Source of the DNA: Euryarchaeota archaeon UBA486
GTDB lineage: Archaea; Thermoplasmatota; Poseidoniia; Poseidoniales; Poseidoniaceae
Reading direction: 5' to 3'
DNA: 64,000 nt
Assembly (NCBI GenBank): GCA_002497765.1
Contig: DAET01000046.1
Span: 88,988 to 152,987 of the forward strand
This document shows positions 30,056 through 38,492 of the stretch, piece after piece. Numbering within the stretch: the first letter of the stretch is position 1; every line of letters begins with the position of its first letter. Under the pieces are notes generated by a model that was given only the letters and a program-made list of their open reading frames with translations, was not told where the DNA came from and did not search any database. The position numbers were made by a program, and so were the translations under genes.

Positions 30056-31330
30056 ATGGCCGACGGTTCCCCCGCCGACTCCATCACCATCATGGGTGCT
30101 GGACTCTCTGGGCTGGCGGCTGCCACGCTCCTTGCTCGAGCAGGTCGGGAAGTGCACGTTCATGACATCCGCCACGATTCGGGGGCTCGCTTCGACGGCG
30201 ATTTCCAAGCCTTGGAAAATTGGAGCATGGATGCTGATTTCTTCGATCAACTCGAACGCTGGGGCTTTGATTCGAATGCGTTCAAATCAACCTCGTTTTC
30301 GGTCGTGGATTTGATTCACCCAGACGATGTTGTGACCCAAGCCAAGACCGATGGTGTTGCCTACCGAATCGTTGAGCGCGGCACTTCCGACCACACCATT
30401 GACCAGGCCTTCAAGCGGATGGCCATCGAGGCAGGTGCGACGCTGCACTACAAATCTCGCATCGATGAGAAAGACGCCGACATCGTGGCCTGCGGGCCAA
30501 AAGACACCTCGGCCATCGCCCTCGGTGAGATTTTTCACACCTCGCACCCGAACCACATTGCGTTCCAATTGAACGACAAGCTTGCCCCCGGTGCTTACTC
30601 CTACCTCATCGTCATCGACGGCGTGGGTCTGATTTGCACCTGCCTGTGGCGCAAGCAAAAGAAAAGCGAACGCTTCCTCAACGAGACCATCGCCTGCTAC
30701 CAGCGCCTCTACCCCGACATGGACATGCAGCCCGTGAAGCGAGTGGGTGGCAAAGGCGATTTTACCCTCAACGGGTTCTACACCGTCCCGGAAACCGGCC
30801 AGCATTTTGTCGGTGAATCCGGTGGTCTGCAGGATTTCATGTGGGGCTTTGGGATGCGCATGGCGGTGTGGTCCGGCGTCCTGGCAGCGGAGGAAATGCT
30901 TGGAGGAAAGCCCTACGAAAAGGAAGTTCGCCGTCAACTGCTCCCTTACGTCCAAACGAGTGTGGCCAATCGCTGGCTCATGAACCGGGTGGGCGACCGC
31001 ACCTTCAAGCGCATGTGCGTGCAGTGGATGCGGGATCAGAAGCGAAGCGGCGATGGTCTTCGCTGGATTGGGAAGTTGTTCCGTCCGAGTTTGCTCAAGC
31101 GGCTTGTGTTCCGAGTTACTTCGCCGTTCATGCTCAAGCGAATGGAGGGTCCAACACGCCCGCTTCGGCTGCCGTTCAGGAAGGCCAAACCTCGCGACAC
31201 CTGGGAGCAGAGCGAGGCGGCCCTTGAGGTCAAGGCGCGATGGGAATCGGTGCGCCGAGGAGGCGGTCATGTCTCCTTCACGAGCAACGCCGAGGGTGAG
31301 GCGCAAGAAATCTCAGCGATTTCTTCATAA
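30056..31330 (+). CDS. FAD-dependent oxidoreductase (geranylgeranyl-reductase-like superfamily)
   Basis: GAGLSGL dinucleotide-binding motif, APGAYSY, VGESGG.QD..WGFG. Confidence 0.8.
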   Translation: MADGSPADSITIMGAGLSGLAAATLLARAGREVHVHDIRHDSGARFDGDFQALENWSMDADFFDQLERWGFDSNAFKSTSFSVVDLIHPDDVVTQAKTDGVAYRIVERGTSDHTIDQAFKRMAIEAGATLHYKSRIDEKDADIVACGPKDTSAIALGEIFHTSHPNHIAFQLNDKLAPGAYSYLIVIDGVGLICTCLWRKQKKSERFLNETIACYQRLYPDMDMQPVKRVGGKGDFTLNGFYTVPETGQHFVGESGGLQDFMWGFGMRMAVWSGVLAAEEMLGGKPYEKEVRRQLLPYVQTSVANRWLMNRVGDRTFKRMCVQWMRDQKRSGDGLRWIGKLFRPSLLKRLVFRVTSPFMLKRMEGPTRPLRLPFRKAKPRDTWEQSEAALEVKARWESVRRGGGHVSFTSNAEGEAQEISAISS

Positions 31331-31353
31331 TACCAACCCCTGTGGCTCAAGGC

Positions 31354-32220
31354 ATGAGCGACCTCTATGGATTGAAACTTGAACCCATGCCAAACCGACT
31401 TGTCAACTACGGTGTGACCGAGAACGGCATCGCCGTCATTGAACTGACCTCTGACTCGGCCGGTGCCCCTCTTGAGGGTCCCAACGACCGCTCGCCCAAC
31501 ACCTACACCCACGGCATGATGCGAGACATCGACGAAGCCATCGTCCGTGCTCGTTTTGACGACAGCGTCACCTGCATCGTCTTGACCGGCAACGGTGCCT
31601 CTTTCTTCTCTGCAGGCGCCTCCATTCAGATGCTCAACAGTGTCAGCCCCGGCTTCAAGTACAACTTCTGCCTTCACGCCAACGAAACCCTCTCTCGCCT
31701 CGAGCAGACGGCCAAACTCGTCGTGTGTGCCATCAACGGCCACGCCGTTGGAGGTGGACTTGAGATCGCCATGGCGGCCGACATCCGCATCGCTCGCAAG
31801 AACTCCGGGAAGGTTGGCCTGCCCGAGATCAACCTCGGTGTGCTCGCTGGAACCGGCGGTACCGCTCGCCTCACCCGCCTCATCGGTAAGGCCAAGGCCC
31901 TCGAGATGATGGTCACCGGCGAACTGATGTCCTTCGAGGATGCCCACGCCTGCAATCTCATCAACCACATCTGGGAAGGCGACCCCGACGACTTCCGCCG
32001 AGACATCCTCGACTGGTGCAGCCAATTCACGCTGCCCAACAAGGCCGTCAAGGCCGTTGGCAACATCAAGCGCTCCTGCCAAACCGGTCCGGAAATTCCA
32101 TTCGAATACCACTTGGCACTCGAGCGTGAACTCCAAGCTGCCCTCTTCAACAGCAGCGACGCCAAGGAAGGCATCGCCGCTTACGTTGAGAAGCGTGTGG
32201 CCAACTTCACCGGTCAGTGA
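31354..32220 (+). CDS. Crotonase-family protein resembling the N-terminal domain of BoxC
   Basis: NTY...D.AI.R.RF, AGA.I.ML, K.NFC...NET, GGGLE, PE..LG.L.GTGG..RL. Confidence 0.8.
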   Translation: MSDLYGLKLEPMPNRLVNYGVTENGIAVIELTSDSAGAPLEGPNDRSPNTYTHGMMRDIDEAIVRARFDDSVTCIVLTGNGASFFSAGASIQMLNSVSPGFKYNFCLHANETLSRLEQTAKLVVCAINGHAVGGGLEIAMAADIRIARKNSGKVGLPEINLGVLAGTGGTARLTRLIGKAKALEMMVTGELMSFEDAHACNLINHIWEGDPDDFRRDILDWCSQFTLPNKAVKAVGNIKRSCQTGPEIPFEYHLALERELQAALFNSSDAKEGIAAYVEKRVANFTGQ

Positions 32221-32237
32221 ACTTCGGTGTGGTATCC

Positions 32238-33164
32238 ATGAACAACATCCACGTCCCAGCCGATGTTCCCGACGAGTTGATCGACACCTACCTCGACAAC
32301 ATGGCCGCCGCCACTGCAGGTACGGGGAGCATGAACCTCTTCGCTTGCGACCAGAAAATCGAACACCTGAACGACGATTTCTACGACGGGGGCAAGACCA
32401 TTCCGCTCTCGTCGAACGACCCCGGTCATCTGTTCGAAATCGGAGCACGAGCCCATGCAGACGGCACCATCGGTGTCCTCGCCGGCCAGTGCGGCCTGAT
32501 TGCGCAATACGCTCGAGACCATCCCGACGTGCCTTACCTCGTGAAGTTGAACTCCAAGTCGCACCTCGTCAAGACCGCCCAACGCGACCCCATCAGTCAG
32601 GCCCTTTGGGACATGGATGACGTGATGTCGTTGGTCCACAACGGCATCAATGTGGTCGGTATTGGTTACACCGTTTACATCGGTAGCGAGTACGAGCATG
32701 AAATGCTGACAGAAGCGGCTCACTTTATTCGCCAGGCCCACGAACTCGGAATGATTTCAGTCGTGTGGATGTACCCTCGCGGTCAAGCGGTGGCTGATGA
32801 GAAGGACCCTCAACTGATCTCGGGCGCAGCAGGCGTTGCCAGTTGCATTGGTGCAGACTTTGCTAAGGTCAACTACCCCAAGGCCTTCGAAGGCATGACT
32901 CAGCCTGAGTCCCTGAAAATTGCTGTTGAGGCAGCGGGTCGCACGGGCATCATCTGCTCGGGCGGCGGTTCGCTTCCTCCACGTGAGTTCCTTCAGCGAC
33001 TTTACGATCAAATGGCTGTTTCCGGATGCCGAGGTGCTGCGACCGGTCGCAACATTCACCAGAAGACAACCGAAGAAGCCGTTCGCATGACGGCCGCCTG
33101 CCACGCCATCATTTGCGAAGGCGCTTCGGTTGACGAGGCGATGGCTATCTTCGAAGGCAACTGA
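32238..33164 (+). CDS. Class I fructose-bisphosphate aldolase (DhnA/FbaB type)
   Basis: DQKIEH, VKLNSK, GYTVY.GSEYE, WMYPRG, GADF.KV, SGG, GRNI.Q. Confidence 0.88.
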   Translation: MNNIHVPADVPDELIDTYLDNMAAATAGTGSMNLFACDQKIEHLNDDFYDGGKTIPLSSNDPGHLFEIGARAHADGTIGVLAGQCGLIAQYARDHPDVPYLVKLNSKSHLVKTAQRDPISQALWDMDDVMSLVHNGINVVGIGYTVYIGSEYEHEMLTEAAHFIRQAHELGMISVVWMYPRGQAVADEKDPQLISGAAGVASCIGADFAKVNYPKAFEGMTQPESLKIAVEAAGRTGIICSGGGSLPPREFLQRLYDQMAVSGCRGAATGRNIHQKTTEEAVRMTAACHAIICEGASVDEAMAIFEGN

Positions 33165-33217
33165 AGCACCTTTCTGCCGGGGCAGGGATTAAACTCTGCC
33201 TGTACTTTTGCATCCTG

Positions 33218-34006
33218 ATGACCGAGAATGTTCGTGCAAGGATTCGAGTCTTGGTTGAATCTGAACGGTTCAACAACATCGTCTTCGTTGCTATCCTGGC
33301 CAGTTCCATCGCCATTGGGTTTGAGACCTACGAGTGGGGTCCGAGAGGTGACACCTTTCTCCAGCGTATTGACGGCTTGTTCTTGACGGTCTTTGTCCTG
33401 GAAATCTTGCTTCGAATTTACGCTATGGGGCGAGATTTCTTCCGAGACCCCTGGTGTGTGTTTGACTTCCTTGTGGTTGGTATTGCTCTGATTCCCGCTC
33501 GTGATTTCTTCGCCGTGTTCAGGGTGTTTCGTGTTTTGCGGGCGTTCCGATTGGTCTCGCGTATTCCGGAACTCAAACTGGTTGCTGAGTCACTGATTTT
33601 CTCTGTCAGAGGTCTTTCAGCCGTGGCGACGTTGCTGTTTGTTGTGACCTACGTGTTTGCGGTGCTCTCAACCGCTCTGTTCCAGTCGGTTTCCCCGGAA
33701 TACTTTGGAAGCCTCGGGCGATCGTTGTATTCGCTGTTTCAAGTCATGACGTTGGAGTCGTGGTCCAATGGTATCGTTCGCGACCTCATCAACGAGAAAG
33801 GTTGGTGGGTTGCGGTCTACTTTGTGATCTTTATTTTCATGACCACGTTTACCTTCCTCAACATGTTTGTTGCCATCTTTACCAACACGGTGGTCGCGTT
33901 GGAGGCCGACTCAGAAGAAGGTGTGAACACCGAGTTGCGACGAATCCACGCCAAGATGGACCTGTTGATGGCGACCCTTGGGGTCGAGTACGAGGAAGAG
34001 GAGTAG
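33218..34006 (+). CDS. Voltage-gated Na+ channel (BacNav type, 6TM)
   Basis: W..FDF, S4 FRVFRVLRAFRL, filter TLESWS, S6 LNMFVA. Confidence 0.9.
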   Translation: MTENVRARIRVLVESERFNNIVFVAILASSIAIGFETYEWGPRGDTFLQRIDGLFLTVFVLEILLRIYAMGRDFFRDPWCVFDFLVVGIALIPARDFFAVFRVFRVLRAFRLVSRIPELKLVAESLIFSVRGLSAVATLLFVVTYVFAVLSTALFQSVSPEYFGSLGRSLYSLFQVMTLESWSNGIVRDLINEKGWWVAVYFVIFIFMTTFTFLNMFVAIFTNTVVALEADSEEGVNTELRRIHAKMDLLMATLGVEYEEEE

Positions 34007-34010
34007 CGGT

Positions 34011-34334
34011 TCAGAGCTTCTCGTCAGCGTTGGTCATGAAGTTGCCTTCACTGTCAACGATGATGGGTGTGCCCTCGACCCACTCGGGGCAGTTCTCGGA
34101 CACCCAGGTCCGAGTGGCCCACTCACAGATGTCATAGCCGCCCGAAAGGATGCCAGAGCGCTTGATGTAGCCGACCTTGACGATGTCCTTGTCCTTGGAG
34201 AGCACGTTGCCCAGCTGCTGACTGGTGGTGCCATGACGCATGGTGCTGTTGATGTACTCCAGAATCTCTGCAGTGTTTCGTGGTCGATCGCCTAAGAATT
34301 TCTTGATTTTTTCACGGATGCGTGTTGTTTTCAT
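34011..34334 (-). CDS. DUF3860-like small winged-helix DNA-binding protein
   Basis: T.EI...IN...RHGTT.QQLGNVLSKD; SD GGAGG upstream. Confidence 0.75.
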   Translation of the reverse strand: MKTTRIREKIKKFLGDRPRNTAEILEYINSTMRHGTTSQQLGNVLSKDKDIVKVGYIKRSGILSGGYDICEWATRTWVSENCPEWVEGTPIIVDSEGNFMTNADEKL

Positions 34335-34510
34335 GGTTGGTCCCTCCTGTCATTTTTTGAGTGGCCTTCTTGGTGATGTGCCACTAAAGTTGAGGAGCGA
34401 GGCCGCTGATATAATGGTTCCTCCTCGGATGGACGATTTGGTTACGTTTGATGCCTCAATTGCAGTGTATTTCCAACACCGTGGTATGAATATGTAAGTT
34501 ATTTTTCACA

Positions 34511-34524
34511 GTTCCACTGGAAAT
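34511..34524. promoter_or_regulatory. ORB-like origin recognition box 1 beside an AT-rich tract
   Basis: GTTCCACTGGAAAT embedded in AT-rich 34488-34566. Confidence 0.6.
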
Positions 34525-34604
34525 ATATAACTAAATGTAACTTCGCAGACTTTTTAATAGACAAACACTTGGTCAAACCACTCCCGGGCATGTCAAGGTG
34601 ACTT

Positions 34605-37112
34605 GTGATGAAACATCGCACCATCCGATCAACCGCCCAACGCCAGATTCTGGTTTGGTTGCGCCATGGCCCCTCAACGGTGTCGGACATCGCCAAGCAG
34701 TTCTCCATGCGTATGCCCCACGCTTCGCTTGCATGTCGCCAACTGAGGGAAGCCGGGTTGGTAACAAGGGACGAGCGCGGTGGGCTCCGAAATGCGCCGA
34801 TCTATCTGAGCCAACTTGGTCATGATCGACTCGAAGAAGATGCGCTCGGAAAAATGCAGCAGTATGCGGTGGAACTCAGTGCATCCCGCCACCCAATGGT
34901 GCTTCATGCCGATGAGGCCAACGTGCTGCTTGCTTACATGGAACCCCCTGAATCGTCCTTCGTTTTCGTGGGCGAACGAACAGGAGGCGGCTCGACTTCT
35001 TCCAGTGGAAATTCAGGGGGGGCGTGGGTGCTGGCGCCGCGTCATGCTGTCAAGTGGTACACGGTCACCGATGCAACCGCTTCTGCACCTCCTGCGCCGA
35101 GAGAAGCCAGCACACTCGCAGCGTTTGAATCGACGCAACAACGCATTGGATTGGTTCGCGGCGTCGTGCTTGAGCAGCGAGGCCATCGAGGGTTGGTCGA
35201 AGGGCAGTCGTTCACCATGGAGACGGGTCGCGGGTTGGATGTACCCTCCGTCCTATCATCGGGGCAGGTTGAAATCGGCACCGTGCCGGGATTGAATGGA
35301 GGTTATGCACCATCCAACGGGCTCCTGGCTCATCTTCGATCCGCAGCCCATCGAAACTTGTTGATTGGAAACGTCGTTCATGGCGCCATTGCCCTCAGCG
35401 ACGGCCCTGTCACCTCACCCGTGCCCCTGCCGTTTTCCGTGTTGCACCTTTGGCTTCAACTGAAACACCCTCGCATGGCGACTGCACGGCGGAAAGAACA
35501 CTACCGAGCGTTGGTCATGGAACTTGAGACGGGCATGGAACAAGATGTGTCGCCACTCATGCGTTCGCTTCTTCTTGAATTCGGAGAGCAACAATGGACA
35601 CATGATTCGTTGCGCCCCGGTTGGTTCAACACCCACGGCGTAACTGAACGCGCCGTTCTGGCCGTGCTTCACCACATCATGGAGGACGGCCGGATTCCAT
35701 TTGTGGTGGATTGGGCGTTTGAACAACCGGATGCCCCGGTGTTGTCTCGCTGGCTCACTCACCCGGCTTGCAGAGCGGTGGTGACGCGCCATGGCGGTCT
35801 TCCTGAATCAAAGGGAAGCTCCTTGTTGGTTGACGGTCAAGACTTGGGGACGGTTGAGGTTCAGTTGAGCCGCTCCGTCAAGTTCGACCTCAACCTGCAT
35901 CTCGACGATAGGGAACCGATGGCTCATCGCCAACGAATGGAGGCTGTGCCGCGCAATGCAGAAGAGTTGTTGGCGGCCTCAGTTGGCCACCCACAACGGG
36001 GGTTTTCATCGACTTTCCCTGACGGATTGGCCGGCCAGCGTCTCACGGAAGCGCTTCACTTGTTTCCGACGGGCGATGAGGTCAAGGCGAATGCACTGGA
36101 ATCCACCGACGCACTGGCGTCATGGGTCGCCTCGCCCCCGGCCCATCGTCCAGCCCGTTGGATTCGCCTGCGAGACCGTCTCCCAGGTGGTTGGGTTGAA
36201 TTGATGCCCGTTCATGATGTGCCGATGGCTGATCTTCCGCTTGCCTTGGCCTCAGGCGGGCGTTCATGGCGGCGCAAGGCGCTCCAACGAATTCATGCAG
36301 AAGCGGCCCATGACATCACCACGGTACTGCGGTGGCGTCAGCACCTCCAGCACGACGAGGAACACCGTGTTGCTGTAGCCACCTGCATGTTGTGTTCGCT
36401 CAACCCCTCGCTTCCAGAGCATGCCGCCTTGTTCGACGATGCAAGCCGAGTGTGGTTCGAGGCCCCCATGAACGAACAAGAGGTGCTGGAATGCATCTTC
36501 GGCCCGTCCACGACTGGCCATGATGGAGCCTTGCTTCGACGGTGGATGGACCGTTCCATGCTCCAGCCAAAAGGTTCGATGTTGCGTGCTTGGGCCACCG
36601 GTTTGGGCATCGCCGAACGTCAGGAACCGTGGCTTCCTGAAACACAGCGAGCCCTGATGGGGGTGCTCCCACCGACGTGGTGGTCTCCTTTTGCACAAAC
36701 CTGGCTGACGGCCCAACTGGCCAGCCAAACAGGCCGCAGTTGGCTTGCCGAGTTTGAATGCAGTTGGCCCGCCTTGTTGGCGCGGGGCTTCGGTGAGCGG
36801 TCCCACTTCCCAGGCCATGCTGGCGAACACCCTGGCTTCACCCTCGACTCCACGTCGCTTCTCCCGGTTCAACTTCTGCCTGAGGGAGTGGGAAAGGCAG
36901 CGTTGACGGACATGTATGCGATGGTGTATGCGCTCGAGCAAGGTGCGCCAGTTCCGGTGCTTTCCACGCATCCGTCTGCGGGCTGGCTGGTCCGTCCGGT
37001 TGACCAATGGCCGGTGTTTGGAAGGGATGTCATGACCGTGGGCGACCCCGACATCGGCGAGGTGTTGTTCACGCGGAGCTTCCATGCACGCCACCTTCGC
37101 TCACGCCGATGA
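34605..37112 (+). CDS. Large hypothetical protein with N-terminal ArsR-like winged HTH
   Basis: IL.WLRHGP.TVS.IA..F.M..PHAS..C.QLR..GLV; Trp/Pro-rich remainder. Confidence 0.75.
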   Translation: MMKHRTIRSTAQRQILVWLRHGPSTVSDIAKQFSMRMPHASLACRQLREAGLVTRDERGGLRNAPIYLSQLGHDRLEEDALGKMQQYAVELSASRHPMVLHADEANVLLAYMEPPESSFVFVGERTGGGSTSSSGNSGGAWVLAPRHAVKWYTVTDATASAPPAPREASTLAAFESTQQRIGLVRGVVLEQRGHRGLVEGQSFTMETGRGLDVPSVLSSGQVEIGTVPGLNGGYAPSNGLLAHLRSAAHRNLLIGNVVHGAIALSDGPVTSPVPLPFSVLHLWLQLKHPRMATARRKEHYRALVMELETGMEQDVSPLMRSLLLEFGEQQWTHDSLRPGWFNTHGVTERAVLAVLHHIMEDGRIPFVVDWAFEQPDAPVLSRWLTHPACRAVVTRHGGLPESKGSSLLVDGQDLGTVEVQLSRSVKFDLNLHLDDREPMAHRQRMEAVPRNAEELLAASVGHPQRGFSSTFPDGLAGQRLTEALHLFPTGDEVKANALESTDALASWVASPPAHRPARWIRLRDRLPGGWVELMPVHDVPMADLPLALASGGRSWRRKALQRIHAEAAHDITTVLRWRQHLQHDEEHRVAVATCMLCSLNPSLPEHAALFDDASRVWFEAPMNEQEVLECIFGPSTTGHDGALLRRWMDRSMLQPKGSMLRAWATGLGIAERQEPWLPETQRALMGVLPPTWWSPFAQTWLTAQLASQTGRSWLAEFECSWPALLARGFGERSHFPGHAGEHPGFTLDSTSLLPVQLLPEGVGKAALTDMYAMVYALEQGAPVPVLSTHPSAGWLVRPVDQWPVFGRDVMTVGDPDIGEVLFTRSFHARHLRSRR
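35000..35022 (+). promoter_or_regulatory. ORB-like box 2 with G-string, intragenic
   Basis: TTCCAGTGGAAATTCAGGGGGGG matches the archaeal ORB core plus G-string. Confidence 0.65.
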
Positions 37113-37120
37113 ATTGATAT

Positions 37121-37446
37121 GGAGTCGTCCGGAGGCGATGTTACCGTACCTGCAACATCAGGCTGAGCGACTGTGAAATGAGCAATGACGTCTGACACCA
37201 CGTGTACGGCCGCAATCGAAGACTGGGACGACCCTTCGGGGAGTGAATTCCGGTGCAAATGCGGTAAACCATCGGTGGGTTATGGGTCCTTGTGCGACGC
37301 AAGAATGAACGCAAGACAACCACCTTACCGGACAGTACGCCCCGACACCGAGGGTCAGGCCTCGGAGGAAACAGTGAACAAGGCCGTTAGGTGTTGGGGC
37401 ACAGTCCCATGATGCCCTTCTCAGCGGGAGACGGGGCGATGACCTC
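37121..37446 (+). ncRNA. Structured RNA, probable SRP (7S) RNA; ends approximate
   Basis: Long-range pairs GCTGAG/CTCAGC, GACTGTG/CACAGTC, CGGTAA/TTACCG, GCCCCGACACC/GGTGTTGGGGC; helix-8-like GGTCAGGCCTCGGAGGAAACAG; about 320 nt. Confidence 0.6.
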
Positions 37447-37454
37447 AAAGGCTC

Positions 37455-38492
37455 GTGGCCGAACCAACCCTCATGGGAGAGGCTCCCCGTTTCAACCGAT
37501 GTTTGGTGGGCGGTACCTTTGACCGCCTTCATGCCGGCCATCGTTTGCTTCTCGATGCCGCAGCGCGAGCGGCAGCACACGTTGAAGTTCACATCACGAG
37601 CGACAAGATGGCCGACCAAAAGTCGGTGAACATGCAGTCGTTTGAGACGCGTCGAGACGAAGTGCTCAACTGGGCAGAACGTCATGCGCCACGCCGAGTT
37701 TCCGTCCATGAACTGACCGATATCCACGGGCCTGCCCCACATCATCCCGAAGCTGACTGCATCGTCGCCACGCCCGAAACAAAAGGCGAATGCGAGCGGA
37801 TCAACGTGAAGCGTATGGAGCATGCCCTTCCTCCGCTCCATATCGTAGAGGTGGCGCATCTTCGGGAGGTTGATGGCGCCATCATCAGTTCAACCCGCAT
37901 TCGAAACGGGTTGGTGGACCCGGACGGTCACCCCTGGATGACAACAACGTGGAGGCAAGCTGTGCTTCGCATGCACCCGAGGGCCGAACCCGAACTGAAA
38001 TCCCCCATGGGCACGCTCTACAAAGGCCCTGAATCCACACCTGAGATCGCGATGTCGGCGGCGCTTGAGGACCTCGACACATCCGAGATCATTCTCATCG
38101 CTGTGGGTGACGTGACCGTCGCCACCTTGCTGGCGATGGACGTCGTTCCCGACATGGCGTTTGTTGACGGGCAAACAAAGCGCCAAGCCTTGGATGAGGA
38201 CGACCAGGTGGATTTGTCGAAGTTCCCGCATCGGCTTGATGCAACCAATCCAGCCGGCGTGTTGACCCCAAATTTACGGGAGGCCATCGAGCAAGCCTCC
38301 GCCCTGGAAGAGCCCGTGGTGGTTGTGGTGGATGGCGAGGAAGACCTGGCGCCGCTGTTCATCCACTTGCACGTTCCTCTTCACGCGGTGGTGTTGTACG
38401 GCCAGCCGCACACCGGGGTGGTGGTTCAGCCCAGCAGCCTCGCGACCAAGATGCGATGCCGTCGCCTTCTCGAGTTGTTTGAGGTGGAGTGA
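37455..38492 (+). CDS. coaD: Phosphopantetheine adenylyltransferase fused to DUF359 (GTP-dependent dephospho-CoA kinase)
   Basis: GGTFDRLHAGH and ISSTRIR, then VGDVT, VDGQTKR, NPAG, DGEEDL, YGQP. Confidence 0.88.
   Translation: MAEPTLMGEAPRFNRCLVGGTFDRLHAGHRLLLDAAARAAAHVEVHITSDKMADQKSVNMQSFETRRDEVLNWAERHAPRRVSVHELTDIHGPAPHHPEADCIVATPETKGECERINVKRMEHALPPLHIVEVAHLREVDGAIISSTRIRNGLVDPDGHPWMTTTWRQAVLRMHPRAEPELKSPMGTLYKGPESTPEIAMSAALEDLDTSEIILIAVGDVTVATLLAMDVVPDMAFVDGQTKRQALDEDDQVDLSKFPHRLDATNPAGVLTPNLREAIEQASALEEPVVVVVDGEEDLAPLFIHLHVPLHAVVLYGQPHTGVVVQPSSLATKMRCRRLLELFEVE

Noticed and set aside
37240-37270. Cobalamin riboswitch or RNase P-like snippet (CCGGTGCAAATGCGGTAAAC)
   Set aside because: No B12 box and no RNase P P4 halves found
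37185-37412. 75-aa Cys-containing ORF
   Set aside because: It lies inside an extensively base-paired element better explained as an ncRNA; no recognisable family
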